64,000 bases of DNA from contig OX597819.1 in NCBI GenBank assembly GCA_951406725.2, positions 69,564,001-69,628,000 of the forward strand, in the 5' to 3' direction. A program made the translations under genes and the position numbers. This DNA comes from Octopus vulgaris. Lineage: Eukaryota. Below, piece by piece: positions 1 to 16,372 of the stretch. The stretch's first letter is position 1. Each line of letters starts with the position of its first letter. Under the pieces are notes generated by a model. That model saw only the letters and a list, made by a program, of their open reading frames with translations, had not been told where the DNA came from and ran no database searches.

Positions 1-105
1 CCGCCCGCAAACATCTTCGACTGTATATATATTTAGCGTCGTATATTATCGACTGCTATTTCCAGTAAATATTGGTGCATTGTTGGACCACTATTCTATA
101 TTTAT
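1..105 (+). mobile_element. Fragment of the ~416-bp hammerhead-bearing repeat family also at 38314-38968
   Basis: gcccgcaaacatct...agcgtcgtatattatcgactgctatttccagtaaatattggtgcattgttggaccac closely matches 38537-38660. Confidence 0.8.
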
Positions 106-654
106 ACAGACACATGCACGCACGCGAGTGCAGAAATGCATTTAACGCTGATTTTCGGAAGAGTGAGTACTCAATACAACATTAGAGATTAATATTTTTT
201 GTGAGATTGAGTCAGTTTGTTACTACTCAAGCAATTCGTTTTGCATTCACAGCGTTATCAGGTAAGTTATGTCATGAATTGTCTGACTCAGTCTAAATCG
301 TTATTTGAGTACGAAATGGAAAAGGAAATCGTTCCGAGTAAGCTACAGGCATACGCATATACTTTAACTCTGAATTCACTGCTTCCTATGACAGAAACAG
401 CTGCAAGCTAATGAAGTTGATTACGTTGTTCCAGTTCCCTTGTCCTGTGTTTAATTTCATATATATATATATATGTTTATGTACGTGAGAGAGAAAGGGA
501 GAGAGGAAGTGATAGAGAGAGTGTGTGTGTGTGTGTGTTCGTGTGTGTGCTTATATGTACGACTTTCCTCGTCTGTACTCCTGTCGTAAGGCTTCACTTT
601 CACACATGCCAGCTTAAGTTAATTCGTCCTTAGTCGAAAGACACTTGTTGTTAA

Positions 655-1310
655 TGTCTTGTTTGCATTTGTAATTGTGTACCACTTCTCCGTTTTTTTT
701 TACGTTCTTGTTTTCGTATACATTCACTTGCTTTCTTCAAAAGAATCTAGTGCTCTTAGCTTAGATTTTCTTGGGGTTAGCCAAATTGGAACAGTCTCGA
801 ATGTAACCGGCCGAAACTGCAAAGACAACCTGGAACTCGAGTGAGGATAGGAAACTCCGAATAACCCGACCTTGTTTTTTCCTGTTTTTTTTGTATCGAC
901 TAATTGTCCGGATGTTTTGTTGTCGCCTGTTACGTTCTTTATATGTATATGTGTGTGTGTATGTGAGTGTTTAGAACCCGTTACTAGTCTACCGTTTTTT
1001 CGTACTTGTTTTCGTATGCATTCGCTTGTCTTCTTCCAAAGAATCTAGTGCTCTTAGCTTAGATTTTCTTGGGACCGGGTGGATTGGAGCAGTCTTGAGT
1101 GTAACCAGCCGAAATTGCAAAGACGATCTGGAACTCGACTGAGGATAGGAAGCTCCGAATGACCCGTCCTTGTCTTTTCCTGTCCTTTCCTGTACCGTCT
1201 AACTGTCCGGATGTTTTGGTGCCTGTTACGTTCTTGTTCCATTTATTGTTTTCTGTATGTGTATATATATATTTGTGTGTGTGTGTGTGTTTAGAACCCG
1301 TTAATAGTCT
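655..1310 (+). repeat. Two tandem copies (~298-bp period) of a dispersed structured repeat
   Basis: aatctagtgctcttagcttag at 744 and 1042; gtttagaacccgtta at the end of both; third copy on the minus strand at ~17148-17475. Confidence 0.8.
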
Positions 1311-1667
1311 CTCTACCGACAGCAGTCACGTCCTTTACAGCAATGGTCAGTTGAAACACGCTATCACAGATCACTGATGTTAAACCGCTTTGCAAACAAA
1401 CTGAATTAACCAGCAACATTAACATCAAGGACGACCACTGTCAGCTTAATTAACACTCACAATTAACGAACAGTGAAAGAATTATGCTTCATCGATGACA
1501 TCGGCAATCATTATCAACTTCAAAGGCAACACCAATAACCGAAGCAGAGTTAATTACTCAAATACTAATCCATAATCCACGACTAAAAGCTTTGGTGTAT
1601 GGTTAACAACACTTCTTCTAATCAATGTATTCTGAAATTCCTACTAAGTCCTGTAAGAGCTATAACT

Positions 1668-1827
1668 ACAGGAGTTGCTGTGTGGTAAGAAGCTTGCTTC
1701 CAAAACTCATAGTCCTAGATTCAGTCCCACTGTGTGACACATTGAGCAAGTATCTCTACTATAGCCTCAGGCCGACCAAAGCCTTGTGAGTGGATTTGGT
1801 AGACGGAAACTGAAAGAAGTTCGTCGT
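1668..1827 (+). mobile_element. SINE family B, 5' head
   Basis: gctgtgtggtaagaagcttgcttc (A-box-like), ttcagtcccactg (B-box-like), ccttgtgagtggatttggtagacggaaactgaaagaag; many copies in window. Confidence 0.8.
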
Positions 1828-1933
1828 AAACGCGGAGTAGATAAAACAGGGGGCAAATGATGATGGGAATATTCTTTATGTTGCATGTCTTGCATATATA
1901 TATATACATAATTATATATAAACATATGTATGT

Positions 1934-2388
1934 AGGCGCCAACATGGTCGCATGGTAAGAGGCTTGCTCCCAATCACATGGTCCCGGGTTCAGTTCCACA
2001 GCGTGACACCTTGGCCAAGTGTCTCCTACTATAGCATCGGGCTAATCAATGACCAATGCCTTGTGAGTGGATTTGGTAGACGAAAACTGAAAGAAGCCCG
2101 TCATATATATATATATATATATATATATGCGTGTGTGTGTGTGTGTGTGTTTATGTATGTATGTATGTATGTATTAGTGTGTCTCTGCTTCTCCCCCCTC
2201 ACCATCGTATGACAACCGATGTTGGTGTGTTTACATCACCATAGCTTAGCGGTTCGGCCAAAGAGACTGGTAGAATAAATTCTAGGCTTACAAGGAATAA
2301 GTTCTGAGGTCGATCTATTCAACTGAAAGGTGGTGCTCTAGCATGGCCGCAGACATGTGACTGAAACAAATGAAAGAGTAAAAGAGTA
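1934..2388 (+). mobile_element. SINE family B, full length with internal (TA)n/(TG)n
   Basis: tRNA-like head with ggttcagttcc, internal microsatellite, tail ...gactgaaacaaatgaaagagtaaaagag; matches 23727-24135. Confidence 0.85.
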
Positions 2389-2389
2389 G

Positions 2390-2672
2390 ATGTGGTTTCG
2401 TGATTACAATATTCGTCCCCACGATCGAGTTGTGACTTTGCGCAAGTCGCTCTATTTCCCGTTGCTCCAGTCCACTGGTAAAATTGAGCTCTAACTGCAA
2501 TTTCAAGGGCCAGCCTTTTCACGTTTTTCCTTACGGTGAATCTCCATGCGAACGACATTAAGGGTATGCGTGCCTGTGGAGTACTCACCACTTGTATATT
2601 AATTTGGCGACCAAGCCCTCCCGCTGATCGGATCAACTAGAACCCGCGTCGTCGTAACAGACGGAGTATCAG
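2390..2672 (+). mobile_element. SINE family C (Meta-domain-like), diverged
   Basis: tttcccgttgctccagtccact...caagggccagcc...gatcggatcaac; related to 12592-12860 and 10100-10330. Confidence 0.6.
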
Positions 2673-2709
2673 TTGTGTGTGTGTGTGTGTGCATACATAT
2701 GTAGAAGTT

Positions 2710-3365
2710 GGACATAATAATGGATACATCCAATTAAATGAAAATTCATTATTTAATATACTTTGATTTTGGCATCTTTCACATTTTTAATACATCGAAG
2801 AATTGACTTGTACTAGTTCTGAACTATTGTTGGGAGAATTTTGAATCATTTTTCTATAGCTGACGGCAGTGGATCCTCTCTTGCTCTTCCAAAGCATGCA
2901 ATATGTGTTCGATTATTTTGAATAGATCTAGTAGCTGCCAAGAGTCACTTTAAACGGTATATTTCACTTTTGGGCACTTCGTATTAATTTCAAATAGCAT
3001 TACAGTCCTGGAAGATTACTCTATGAACAGGGGATAATGTTTCTACAAAAGATTGACGTGAGCGTCGAAACATACTCAGACAACGTTTGACGTTAACTCT
3101 GCCATGTAGAGTAGTTAAAAGCCAAGAATATTCTTTGATGTTTTACCCAAATCATCACAGAGCCACTTCAATGCAATGCGGTAGGGGCAAACCGTCAGAG
3201 TCGCCCCTATGTGTAATAAAATGGTGTGCAGTGATTCATCAGAGAATATTACATTGTGCCAGTGAACCAGTGACCACTTCTAAGAGCCTTCACACCATAT
3301 GGTCTGCTTATCTATGCGGATAGAGAACAGGAGAGATTTAGTAATACCAAGCCAGCCATGGCGTT
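2710..3365 (-). mobile_element. Possible heavily decayed Tc1/mariner remnant
   Basis: Non-repetitive block; minus strand weakly resembles the SPDLNPIE region; many stops. Confidence 0.3.
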
Positions 3366-3774
3366 CTTCTTTATATATATTTATAAAGGAGAAATAAACA
3401 TCGGAGATGAAGGAGTTATTCAGGGTCACAAGCGTTTCGCCTCTTCGCTTGTACGCTTCACTTGAGTAGAGCAGCGAGAATTGAGCTTGCCTTAATCATT
3501 ACAACCTTGATTTGTACGTGTACATATACATAAATATATATATATGTTTTTTAACGAAATATTGGCGCAAAGCAGTGTTTAAGTATGAGCAGAATTTAAG
3601 TTAGTTGAAATATGTGGCAAACATATTTCAGGTAACTGAAATTCGGCTCATATGTTTGTCACATATTTCACCTGCTAAAGGCAAGTACACTGCAGTTACC
3701 GCGGAGAAAAAATCTCTCTTATAGTAAAAATGTGTTAAAACACCCAGTTCATTCACTGTTGCCATATCTTAGAA

Positions 3775-3821
3775 ACCTCAGACATCGATGTTTCGAGTTT
3801 GTTGACTCCTGTCAGTGAGAT
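3775..3821 (-). ncRNA. Type I hammerhead-like motif, degenerate core
   Basis: minus: atctca CTGACAG gagt-caacaa-actc GAAA catcgatg TC tgaggt; three stems form, stem III ACATCGATGT is a perfect palindrome, but positions 8/9 are AG rather than GA. Confidence 0.6.
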
Positions 3822-3869
3822 GTATCTACGAGAGACAATTCTGAACGTACTTAATAAAGATGTAGCTTT

Positions 3870-4729
3870 ATATATAATTTGCGTTTTTGTTCGTTTGTTT
3901 CGCCACCAAAATGAAAGTAAATGGTTCAAGGGAAGCTATTACGCGTTTTCTATACCTACTATTAATGCCTAATTTGACTCAACAAAAATTATGCAAAAGT
4001 ACAACGCTAATTGTACACAAACCTATGAGGAAGTGCATTAAGGCAAATATTATCACTGGTTGTGGAAAATATGATACCGTCTTTGTTCCACGCATACCAG
4101 TTATTCCATCAAATGTCCCAATCCAATTTAAGCCGTTACAGTTTCCTATCCCAATTTTTTTTGCCATGAGCATGAAAATATCTCAGGGCCAAACACTAAA
4201 AGTTGCTGGATTGCAGCTTCAAGAACAAACAGAAGTTCGTATATGAAATCCATCTTTTTTCTACTTCAATTATTACATATTTTTCTTTCATATAATACGC
4301 GCATACAGGACAAGTAAACCCAAATCTGTAGTTGCAGTCTCACTCTCGTTCACATTCGAAACTGAATCCTTCAATTTTCCTTGAACATATGGCCTATTCA
4401 AATGTCAAAAGAAACCCCGACAAACGGGTGTCCCACTTCAATTGTGGTGTCTTCAGTTCCATCGCACAATCTATATGTTATAGCTATACTTCAGACTTCA
4501 TTCACGTTCAGAATGAATCTTTCAATTCTCCTTCGGCATACCACCTATTCAAACGTCAAAAAGAACAGTAAAAAATGGATGTTCCACTTGACCTGTAGCC
4601 TTTTCAGTGCCATCGCAGTCAGCAGGATTCCGTAAAGCTATTCTTCTATATGATACACCCATTTTTCTAGTTTCTCGGCTCGAGAAACACTAGAAGTAAT
4701 TTCCCAATCAACGACAGGTATTACTGCTA

Positions 4730-4730
<1 letters not shown>
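3870..4730 (+). mobile_element. Non-autonomous Helitron-like element with PIF1-helicase fragment
   Basis: Starts after TA run, ends caacgacaggtattactgCTAG before (TA)n (same end type as 62583); contains the helicase fragment below. Confidence 0.7.
3950..4225 (+). pseudogene. Helitron RepHel PIF1-like helicase C-terminal fragment
   Basis: KLCKSTTLIV...IITGCGKYDTVFVPRIPVIPSNVPIQFKPLQFPI..FAMSMKISQGQTLKVAGL matches the family pattern LCNGTRL...PRIP...FKRLQFP..FAMTINKSQGQ. Confidence 0.85.
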
Positions 4731-4777
<47 letters not shown>

Positions 4778-5299
4778 ATTACAATGAATGTAAGCAAACT
4801 AGGTTTGGTTTAGAAGCGTTGAGATGTATTGAAAGATACAGATAAGGAAATAATTTATTCTCAAACGCAGGGTAATGCTAATATAATAGAATGAACAGGA
4901 TAAATTATCCATGTTTTGCAAAAAAATCTGTCAGCAGCCAGCCTTATGCATATATATATATACACAGAAGTACAGAGAGAAGAGTGGAGTTAAAGAGACT
5001 GACATAAGCAATTATGGGAGCTGCTACACTGGATGCAACATGTCCTCACACTGGGTAGTGTAACATACTTCCACAAAGAACTACTCCAATGTGCAGTTTA
5101 ATGTCGTATATACTGCTGAGGAGACGCCACTTGTTTACACATGACATACGGCCAAATATATATAAGTATGTGTGTGCATCAAAACGAAAGGAAATTTTCC
5201 CCTTATATCAAATGAAGGTCTAGGGAAGGCATAGAATCCAAGTACAGATATTTACATAATAGTATCTATGCTCATGTTAGATTGCGTAAGTTTACTTAA

Positions 5300-8855
<3,556 letters not shown>

Positions 8856-10424
8856 ACCTATAATCAGTGGTAGGTTAGTACGATCTGAAGCGATCTGGTT
8901 ATAGGAACTTAGTAATCATCAAGCATGGCATGGCTTCTGTAGCTGACATAAAATGGAGGATATTTGATGAGCGAAGTTTATTAATGAAGGTAGTAGCTAA
9001 GTTTAGAAGCTAATCTGAACACATTTTATGTAACTCAAAGATGTAACGCATACATCAACAGCTTAGCTTTTCTTCGGGTTGGATTACCAGTGGTTATATG
9101 TCATTGTAGCAAGGAGAGAAGAGAAGAATTCACTAATATTGACTACCACAGTAGAACGATGGTTGGAAACAGCTGGGTCAATCCTTTAATACATTTATGT
9201 GAGTATGTGTGTTTGTGTGAGTAAATGTGTATACATTTGGTCGCAGTTGGTCTACAACATTTTCCGCTACGTTCATCAAACTTCAAAGCTGCTATTAAAA
9301 TCTTTATACCTGTAATACTGCTATCAACGAATTAATTCATATTATCAGTGGAATTGATTAGCAAATGCTGATATCAATCGTTTCAATGCGGCAGTTACTG
9401 ATTTCGATTCTACGCGTTATCAATGAGATCATTTCCTTATCTATAATTGATTTCTAACATAAAAAAAAAAAAATAATAATGGCTCAATCGTGCTGTCGGT
9501 TACATTTGACTATTTACCCCAGTATTTCAGTGTTTTGTCATTTATTCGGCGTAGGAAATCTACCTGCGATTAATAGGTGGGAAGTGTTTGTCAGAGATCA
9601 GATACTTGGCATTAATGCTTGATGTGGAATAAATTTTCCCTGTAACAAGCGACATTGCAATAAAAAAAAAGTATCTACTTGCGCCATCTAGAGTTATTTT
9701 AATAAATAATTGATCGATAGTATCATTATCAAATAATGGACATTATTGTTTGAAAGGTTAGAACTCATAGTGCTGGTCACCCAGTTACTATGGCGTATGA
9801 ACGACTGAACGACCGAGATCATAAAACGTCCCCTGAACACGACGCCAGAGACCAGGTGCAACGTGAAACGAAATATTTTCCTTATGAACAGAAAGCACCA
9901 TCTCATCCGGTTCGCCAACCGATACCACGATCACGTGTATAACAGCCTACCCACAAGGCAATGCGCTTTCACGTTCACTTGTATTTTGATCCTAGTTTCC
10001 GACCTCGAAACGATAAAAAGTGAAGTTGACATCAGGAGGATCCGAACTCATATCGTAAGTGGATGCAACATAATTCCGGGATATTTTCTCGGATTCATTC
10101 TCCATTTCTTCCACATCCCGATCGTGAGTTCCACAGCAGGTGGTACGTTGTGTCTGTCCTAAAGCGTTTCAATCCACTGAGTTGATAAAAACGAGCAGAA
10201 CCTGTATTTCAAAAGAGCCATCTTTGTCACATTCAGTGTCACGCTAAATCTCTCTGAGAACTCATGAGTAGGTTGTCACGTTGATCGGATCACCTTTAAC
10301 CCGCGTTGTTATAACCGACAGAGTACCAGTCTTTACATTTCCACTAAGTGACACATTTTGAGATGAAGAATGCATAATCGAGTATGAGAACAGCTTTACT
10401 TGTTAAAGTAAGCCCAGGCTCTTT

Positions 10425-10670
10425 GAGTTCTAGGATTCATACGGTCAGTTATCCTGTTTCTATGGCGTATAATTGAACGGGATCTCAAGCTGCCCTCACA
10501 AGGAGGGAGACGGCGGTCCGGTGCAGGGATATTAACTTACAGCTCGGTTAACTGGACCAAGGTAAAATGAAGTGTGTTGCAAAAAGTCACAATATACAAC
10601 CCAGTCTTGTAATCGAAACCACGTTCAAGCGCCGTGGGTGTAACACTTTAACCACTAGCTCACGTCCCTT
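10425..10670 (-). mobile_element. SINE family C-like, diverged
   Basis: aatgaagtgtgttgcaaaaagtcacaa...aatcgaaaccac...taaccactag; reverse of the family C head; similar to 14400-14660. Confidence 0.55.
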
Positions 10671-10692
10671 TACTCAATACTTATTGGTATAA

Positions 10693-11256
10693 AGGCGGCG
10701 AGCTGGCAGAAACGTTAGCACGCCGGGCGAAATGCTGAGCGGTATTTCGTCCGCCGTTACGTTGTGAATTCAAATTCCGCCGAGGTCGATTTTGCCTTTC
10801 ATCCTTTCGGGGTCGACAAATTAAGTACCAGTTACGCACTGAGATCGATATAATCGACTTAATCCGTCTGTCTGTCCTTGTTTGTCTCCTCTGTGTTTAG
10901 CCCCTTGTAGGCAGTAAAGAAATAGGTATTTTGTCTGCCGTTAGCTTCTGAATTCAAATTCCGCCGAAGTCGACTTTCATCCTTTCGGTTTCGAAAAATT
11001 AAGTACCAGTTACTTACTGGGTTCGATATAATCGACTTAATCCGTTTGTCTGTCCTTATTTGTCCTCTCTGTGTTTAGCCCCTTCTGGGTAGTAAAGAAA
11101 TGGGTATTTCGTCTGTCATTACGTTCTGAGTTCAAATTCCGCCGAGGTCGACTTTGCCCTTCATTCGAAAAAGTAAATACTAGTTGCATACAGGGATTGA
11201 TCTAATTAACTGGTCCCCTCAGAAATTTCTGGCCTTGTTCCTAGAGTACAAAAGAA
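10693..11256 (+). mobile_element. SINE family A (Deu/Nin-domain-like), trimeric
   Basis: Head ggcggcgagctggcagaaacgttagc; three successive ttcaaattccgccgaRgtcgaYtt...aagtaccagtt modules; tail cctagagtacaaaagaat. Confidence 0.9.
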
Positions 11257-11378
11257 TAAGTACGTAAACACATATCACAAGGCGTCTTCTCCAATGTATC
11301 ACCAGTTTTTCAACGTAAGTTGGAGACTAAAATATATTTCTGATACATTAACTGATCGAATAAGACAAATATTATATA

Positions 11379-11431
<53 letters not shown>

Positions 11432-12353
11432 GAGACATCTTATTTTGCCGAACTCTCAAAAAATTAAAGAGGCTATAAATATGATGTTAATATTGTGTGG
11501 TACTCGGATACGTTTTGTAAAAGTCTGGGGAGGCCATACCAGCATCGAACAAAAATACAAAGAATTATTGCTAAAATACAGCAGGGCAGCGAATGTTTTA
11601 AGATTTTTCTGATTTGTCACCCTGCAGTCAAAGATCACCCATCTGCTCCATGTATATTCACAACAGGACCGATTTCTTAGAATAAAAATTCTGTAAAAGA
11701 CGTCTCGCTTGACCATTAACTCTGGAGGAAACAGCATAATATCGGTTGCCATGACGAAAGATTTCGTAAGAGTTCACACGTTACTGAGATATAATAGCGC
11801 TCGTCTGAATTCGAATTAGTTTTTCTACTGCATTGCTCTGAGAACATATTCGTTTCTTCTTGATCTTTTAATTTCTTAATTATATTCTTCTCGCTGCTTT
11901 AAGCGACGATTGGTAATTTTTTAAGTTCAGTAATAATAATTTGTATCCGAAATATCCATATATCTGCATATATCCGCATATATCTACACTTACAGCGATG
12001 AAAGATATAATTACGTGCAGGCTTTTTACTAAACACATACCTTTAGCTTTGCTTTGAAAGGTAAACTGCTGCAGAGGCCACATAACACACATGTAATTAT
12101 CTCCATGTAATTATTCCCATGTATTTCCCCATGGAGTCCAGAAACATCCATATTCTTTCTCTGTCTACTTCTGTTGAAAAGCCAACATATATTGTTTTGT
12201 TGTTGAAAAAAAACTCAAATACAGTAATAAAGTTCATGTATTTTTGATGGTGTGTCAGCGCATTTGTTTACATTAAATACCCGCCTGTGTGCTTAAGTAA
12301 TGTTTATAATTTTCCCAACGCTCACGACTCTTGTATTAATTAATCGACAATAA

Positions 12354-12545
12354 GGTAGCGAGCTGGCAGAATGGTTAGCACGCTGGGCAGAATGCTTAGC
12401 GTCATTTCACCCATCTTTACGTTCTGAGTTCAAATTCCACGAAGGTCGACTTTGCCTTTCATCCATTCGCGGTCGATAAATTAAGTACTAGTAAAACACT
12501 AGAGTCGATGAAATTGACAATCCCCACCCCCCAAAAAAAAATTTC
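12354..12545 (+). mobile_element. SINE family A
   Basis: Same head and gtcgactttgcctttcatcc module. Confidence 0.85.
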
Positions 12546-12591
12546 TAATCGACAATAATAGTACTTCATTCGTGTGTGTGTGTGTGTAACA

Positions 12592-12860
12592 GCGTGTGGC
12601 TCATTAGTTGGAGTAACCCGCTAACGATCATAAGGTGGTTAGTCTAATTCCAGGTAGCACGTTATATCCTTAAGCAAGACACTTTATTTCACGCTGCTGC
12701 AGTCCACTCTGCTTGCAAAACTTATTTGTCATGCGTAACTCAAAGGGCCAACCATGTCTCATTCAGTGTCACGGTGAACCTCCCTGAGACCTACATTAAG
12801 GGTATGCATGTCTGCGAAGTGCTCAGCCACTTGAACGTTGACTTGACAAGTAGGCTGTGT
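12592..12860 (+). mobile_element. SINE family C
   Basis: gcgtgtggctca...tccttaagcaagacactttatttcacgctgctgcagtccac...caaagggcca. Confidence 0.7.
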
Positions 12861-14399
12861 GTGTGCGTAAAATAATGTAGTTATGATATATCCTGTTGAG
12901 AACGTAGTAGAGTACAGTACAATACTCGTCCACCTTCAGATTTTACCCTGTGCTCTCCAGTAGTAGTATATGTACGTCCAGGTTTGCGTTTGGGCTTCTG
13001 TCATGTGTGAACGTATAATTGAAAACAATTGGAGTTAAGAAGGTGTACAGTTCGAGATTTATTTTTAAGTACTAGAATTGCTTCTATGCAACGTAGTTCT
13101 CCAGGTGTTTCCCTGCATTATGAGATCTAGTTGTGTTTCCTCAGGGAATATATGAATGTTGTTCCCCTAAGTTCAAATTCTCGGCTTCAAGAGCATTCTC
13201 TCTGTATGTCGTGGCCTGAAGATAGTAGCAAACACTGAATTTATCAATGATTATTTTTGCTGAAGGACCGTTTTTCAATTATATATAATTACATATAAGT
13301 CGACAAGACGAATTTAACCCAAGGCGCCAGGGAGAGAAACTGACAAACGTAAATTTAAACGCGAAATCACGAATGATCTGGCTATGCCTGGTGCTTAGGG
13401 AGCTCAGCTCCCTTGTCAGTAAATAAGACGGAGAATTATTGTAGCTATGAGACGTTTTGACTCTTATTTCTAGCAATACAGGTGCTGAATAGCGCCCTCA
13501 GTTACTGTAGTGACGTATATACATTTGCCTTTTGATTGAAAAATCGCTAACAAGCCATCCTTATTATTTATATACACATGTATTATATACATATACACAT
13601 ATATGTGTGTGTGTGTGTGTGTGATGTTAGTGTTTGTGTGTGTGTGTGTGTGTGTTTGTATAGAAGGTTGAAAAGGAATAGACGAGTTGATATGTATAAG
13701 GAAAATAAGACAAGGTAGAAAATGCTAAAATAATTTGATCATTTTAGAACCGGTTTCAGTCTTTGCGACTTTTCCCGCTATGAGTAAAGCATGAAAAACA
13801 ATTAAATTGCGGAAAAATTATATGAAATGCGTTTTTTTTTTAATATTTCCCTAGTTTTCAAATACATGAGACATTTTCCTTTTTCTATCTGTCTGTCTGT
13901 GTGTCTGTCTCTCTCTCTCTCTCTTAATTTTGTGATGGCTCGATAGCTAGGTAGCTTGGTAGGTAGATAGGTAGGTGGGTGGGTAGGTAGGTAGGTAGGT
14001 AGGTAGGTAGGTAGGTAGCAGCAGATCTGAAGGAATATTTAATATGAGGGGTGTGGTTTTCTTGGTTTTGATTGTTTAGGCAGCTGTAGCCGAGGAAGGA
14101 GACGGTGGAGAAGAAGATGAAAAAGAAGACTATGTATATATGCGTGTGTATGCGTAAGTGTGTGCGTGCGTGAGTGTGTGTGCGTGAGTGAGTGTGTGTG
14201 TGTGTGTCTGTGTGTGTGTGTGTACGTGCGTGCGTGCGTGCGTGTGTGTGTGTACAACTATAAATATCCATCCATCCATCCATCCATCCAGTCTGATGAA
14301 GGAGAGCACACCTAAACTTAAAAGTCACTACGAACAAGAATCTGATGAAAGCAAGCAAACTTCACCTTCGAGGTTACTGTCAACTTTTCCCATGTAAAT

Positions 14400-14660
14400 A
14401 ATGTAACACCCAATACGAGGGTAGGCCTAAGGCCCGTCAGCCTAGACGTCCCACTCTGTTTTTTGGGTTTTTTAGGTAGTTCATCAATATATTACTGACT
14501 TTCCAAGCCTCTCACGACTTTACCATAGTCTTTATTTCCGCTAGCTGAATGCAAACGAAGTGTTTCGCTCAAGAACACAACACATTGGCCGTGTCAGGTA
14601 TCGAAACCGCAGTCTTAAGATCTTGAATCCAGTATCCTAACCACAAAGGCACGTGTCTCC
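14400..14660 (-). mobile_element. SINE family C-like, diverged
   Basis: gaagtgtttcgctcaagaacacaac...tcgaaacc...taaccac. Confidence 0.55.
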
Positions 14661-15587
14661 ACCCTGGAAATAATAGAATATTTACTCAACTAAAATGCCA
14701 AAACTACTGAATAATCCTTCCGATCAATGTTAAATTGTCAAAAATGTCATTTGACACAATAAACATTGCCATATACGTATATAATGTGTGTGTATGTGTA
14801 AGTGTGCGTGTGTATACATCTATGAATATATGTATATATGAAGAGAGAGAGAGAGAGATGTGTTTGTGTGTGTATGTTATTGATATGTCTGTGAAGGTCT
14901 GCGCGTGTGTATGAATACTTAGGTCTGTAGATTTTAAAGGCCAGTAAAAATTTAAATAAATATGTATAAACACTTCATGTGTATTGTTCCAGTTTTGTAG
15001 GTGTGGACATGTTGCGCATGTGTGCGTGCGTGCGTTTGTGCGCGCGCACGACCGTGTATATATGTGTGTGTGTGAGTTTGTGAGTCATGGGTATACGCTA
15101 CATGTTTGCGAATTTTATTTGATAGTTATGGATGTTTTTCAGTATATATTTTATGAATTATATATGAAGAAACATGATCTTCTATGAATAACTTTGGGGA
15201 GATTCAAAAGATGTTTTCTTAAAACTGTGAATATGTGCTTAGCAAACTCATAAATTTATCATTCACACAAACACATACGAACACATAAATATTCAAACAC
15301 ACACACACGCACACACACATATACATACATGCATATAAGCCTACATACATAAATATAAACATATGTTTGCAAATAACGACAAAAGAACAGAACTTACGTA
15401 ATCACTTTCACTAGCTTACAGCTGTTTCCAATATAAGTAGGCAAGAACCCAGAGGTAAAGGCCAGTGCGACATTTTACAGTTTCCCCGGAGTCATTTAAA
15501 TTCAATGTTACTATATTGCGTAAAGCATTTAAGAATATAAAGTTGGGTATCGCCACACTCACACATGATGTATAATCAAGTTAGATC

Positions 15588-15900
15588 GGAGTGGCTATGT
15601 GGTAAGAAGCTTGCTCCCCAACCACATCGTTCTGGGTTCAGTCCCACTGCGTGGCACCTTGGGTAAGTGTCTTCTACTGTCCCCTCGAGCGGACCAAAGC
15701 CTTGTGAGTGGATTTAGTAGACGGAATCTGAAAGAAGCTCGACGTCAAATGAAGCGATACTAGTATTTTTTTATAAGTCTTGTATTATTCTTTCGGAGTC
15801 CTTTTGGAGATCCGCTAAGTTACGGGGAAGGAAACATATCAACAACGGTTGTCAAGTTGTGATGGTGGTCATGGTGGGAAAACACAGACACAAAGACATA
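15588..15900. mobile_element. SINE family B head (+, 15588-15743) next to a family B tail (-, ~15770-15900)
   Basis: ggagtggctatgtggtaagaagcttgc...; ccgctaagttacgggga...caacggttgtcaag. Confidence 0.75.
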
Positions 15901-16164
15901 CGCATACACACGCACACACATGCACACACGCACACACGCATGCACGCACGCACACATAAACACACACGTACACATAAATATGATAGATATACATATATAT
16001 ACATATACATATACATATATCCGTATATATATATGTGTATATATATACACAGACACATATATATGCGGTTACGAAGCATGCTTCTTACCACATCCATTCC
16101 CGCACATTACAAATATATATGTGAGGGGAGGGGTATGAAATCATTTTGATAGAAAATTGATTCC

Positions 16165-16372
16165 AATTTGTAGCACAAGGCCAGCAATTTCTGAATGAGG
16201 TGTGTAAGTCGATCACATCGACCGCAGTGTCTAACTGGTACTTAATTTATCGACTCGAAAAGATCCAATGCCAAGTCGACCTCGGCGGAATTTCAAATTA
16301 GAACGTCAAGACGGTTGAGATACCTCTCAAACATTTGGTTCGGCGCCGTAACAATTCTCCAAGCTCACCGCC
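16165..16372 (-). mobile_element. SINE family A
   Basis: ctggtacttaatttatcgac...gtcgacctcggcggaattt...agctcaccgcc. Confidence 0.85.

Noticed and set aside
1139-1170. CTGAGGA...GAA in the 298-bp repeat read as a hammerhead
   Set aside because: No consistent stem I or A15.1-U16.1 pair across the three copies
1934-2005. tRNA-like A/B boxes as tRNA genes
   Set aside because: They are SINE heads; no full cloverleaf, and they run into SINE bodies
5113-5190. CTGAGGA gacgc...gcatc AAAAcg
   Set aside because: Needs two CpG reversions and lacks the NUH site and stem I
11456-11752. Non-repetitive ORFs on both strands
   Set aside because: No recognisable domain or splice pattern
13745-13780. Minus-strand hammerhead shape tag CGGGAAA agtc-gcaaa-gact GAAA ccgg TT cta
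   Set aside because: Stems fit, but three core mismatches; probable fossil, not listed as a feature
15413-15526. Minus-strand GAAA cagctg TA agc with a long caatat/atattg stem II
   Set aside because: No recognisable CUGANGA; possible fossil only
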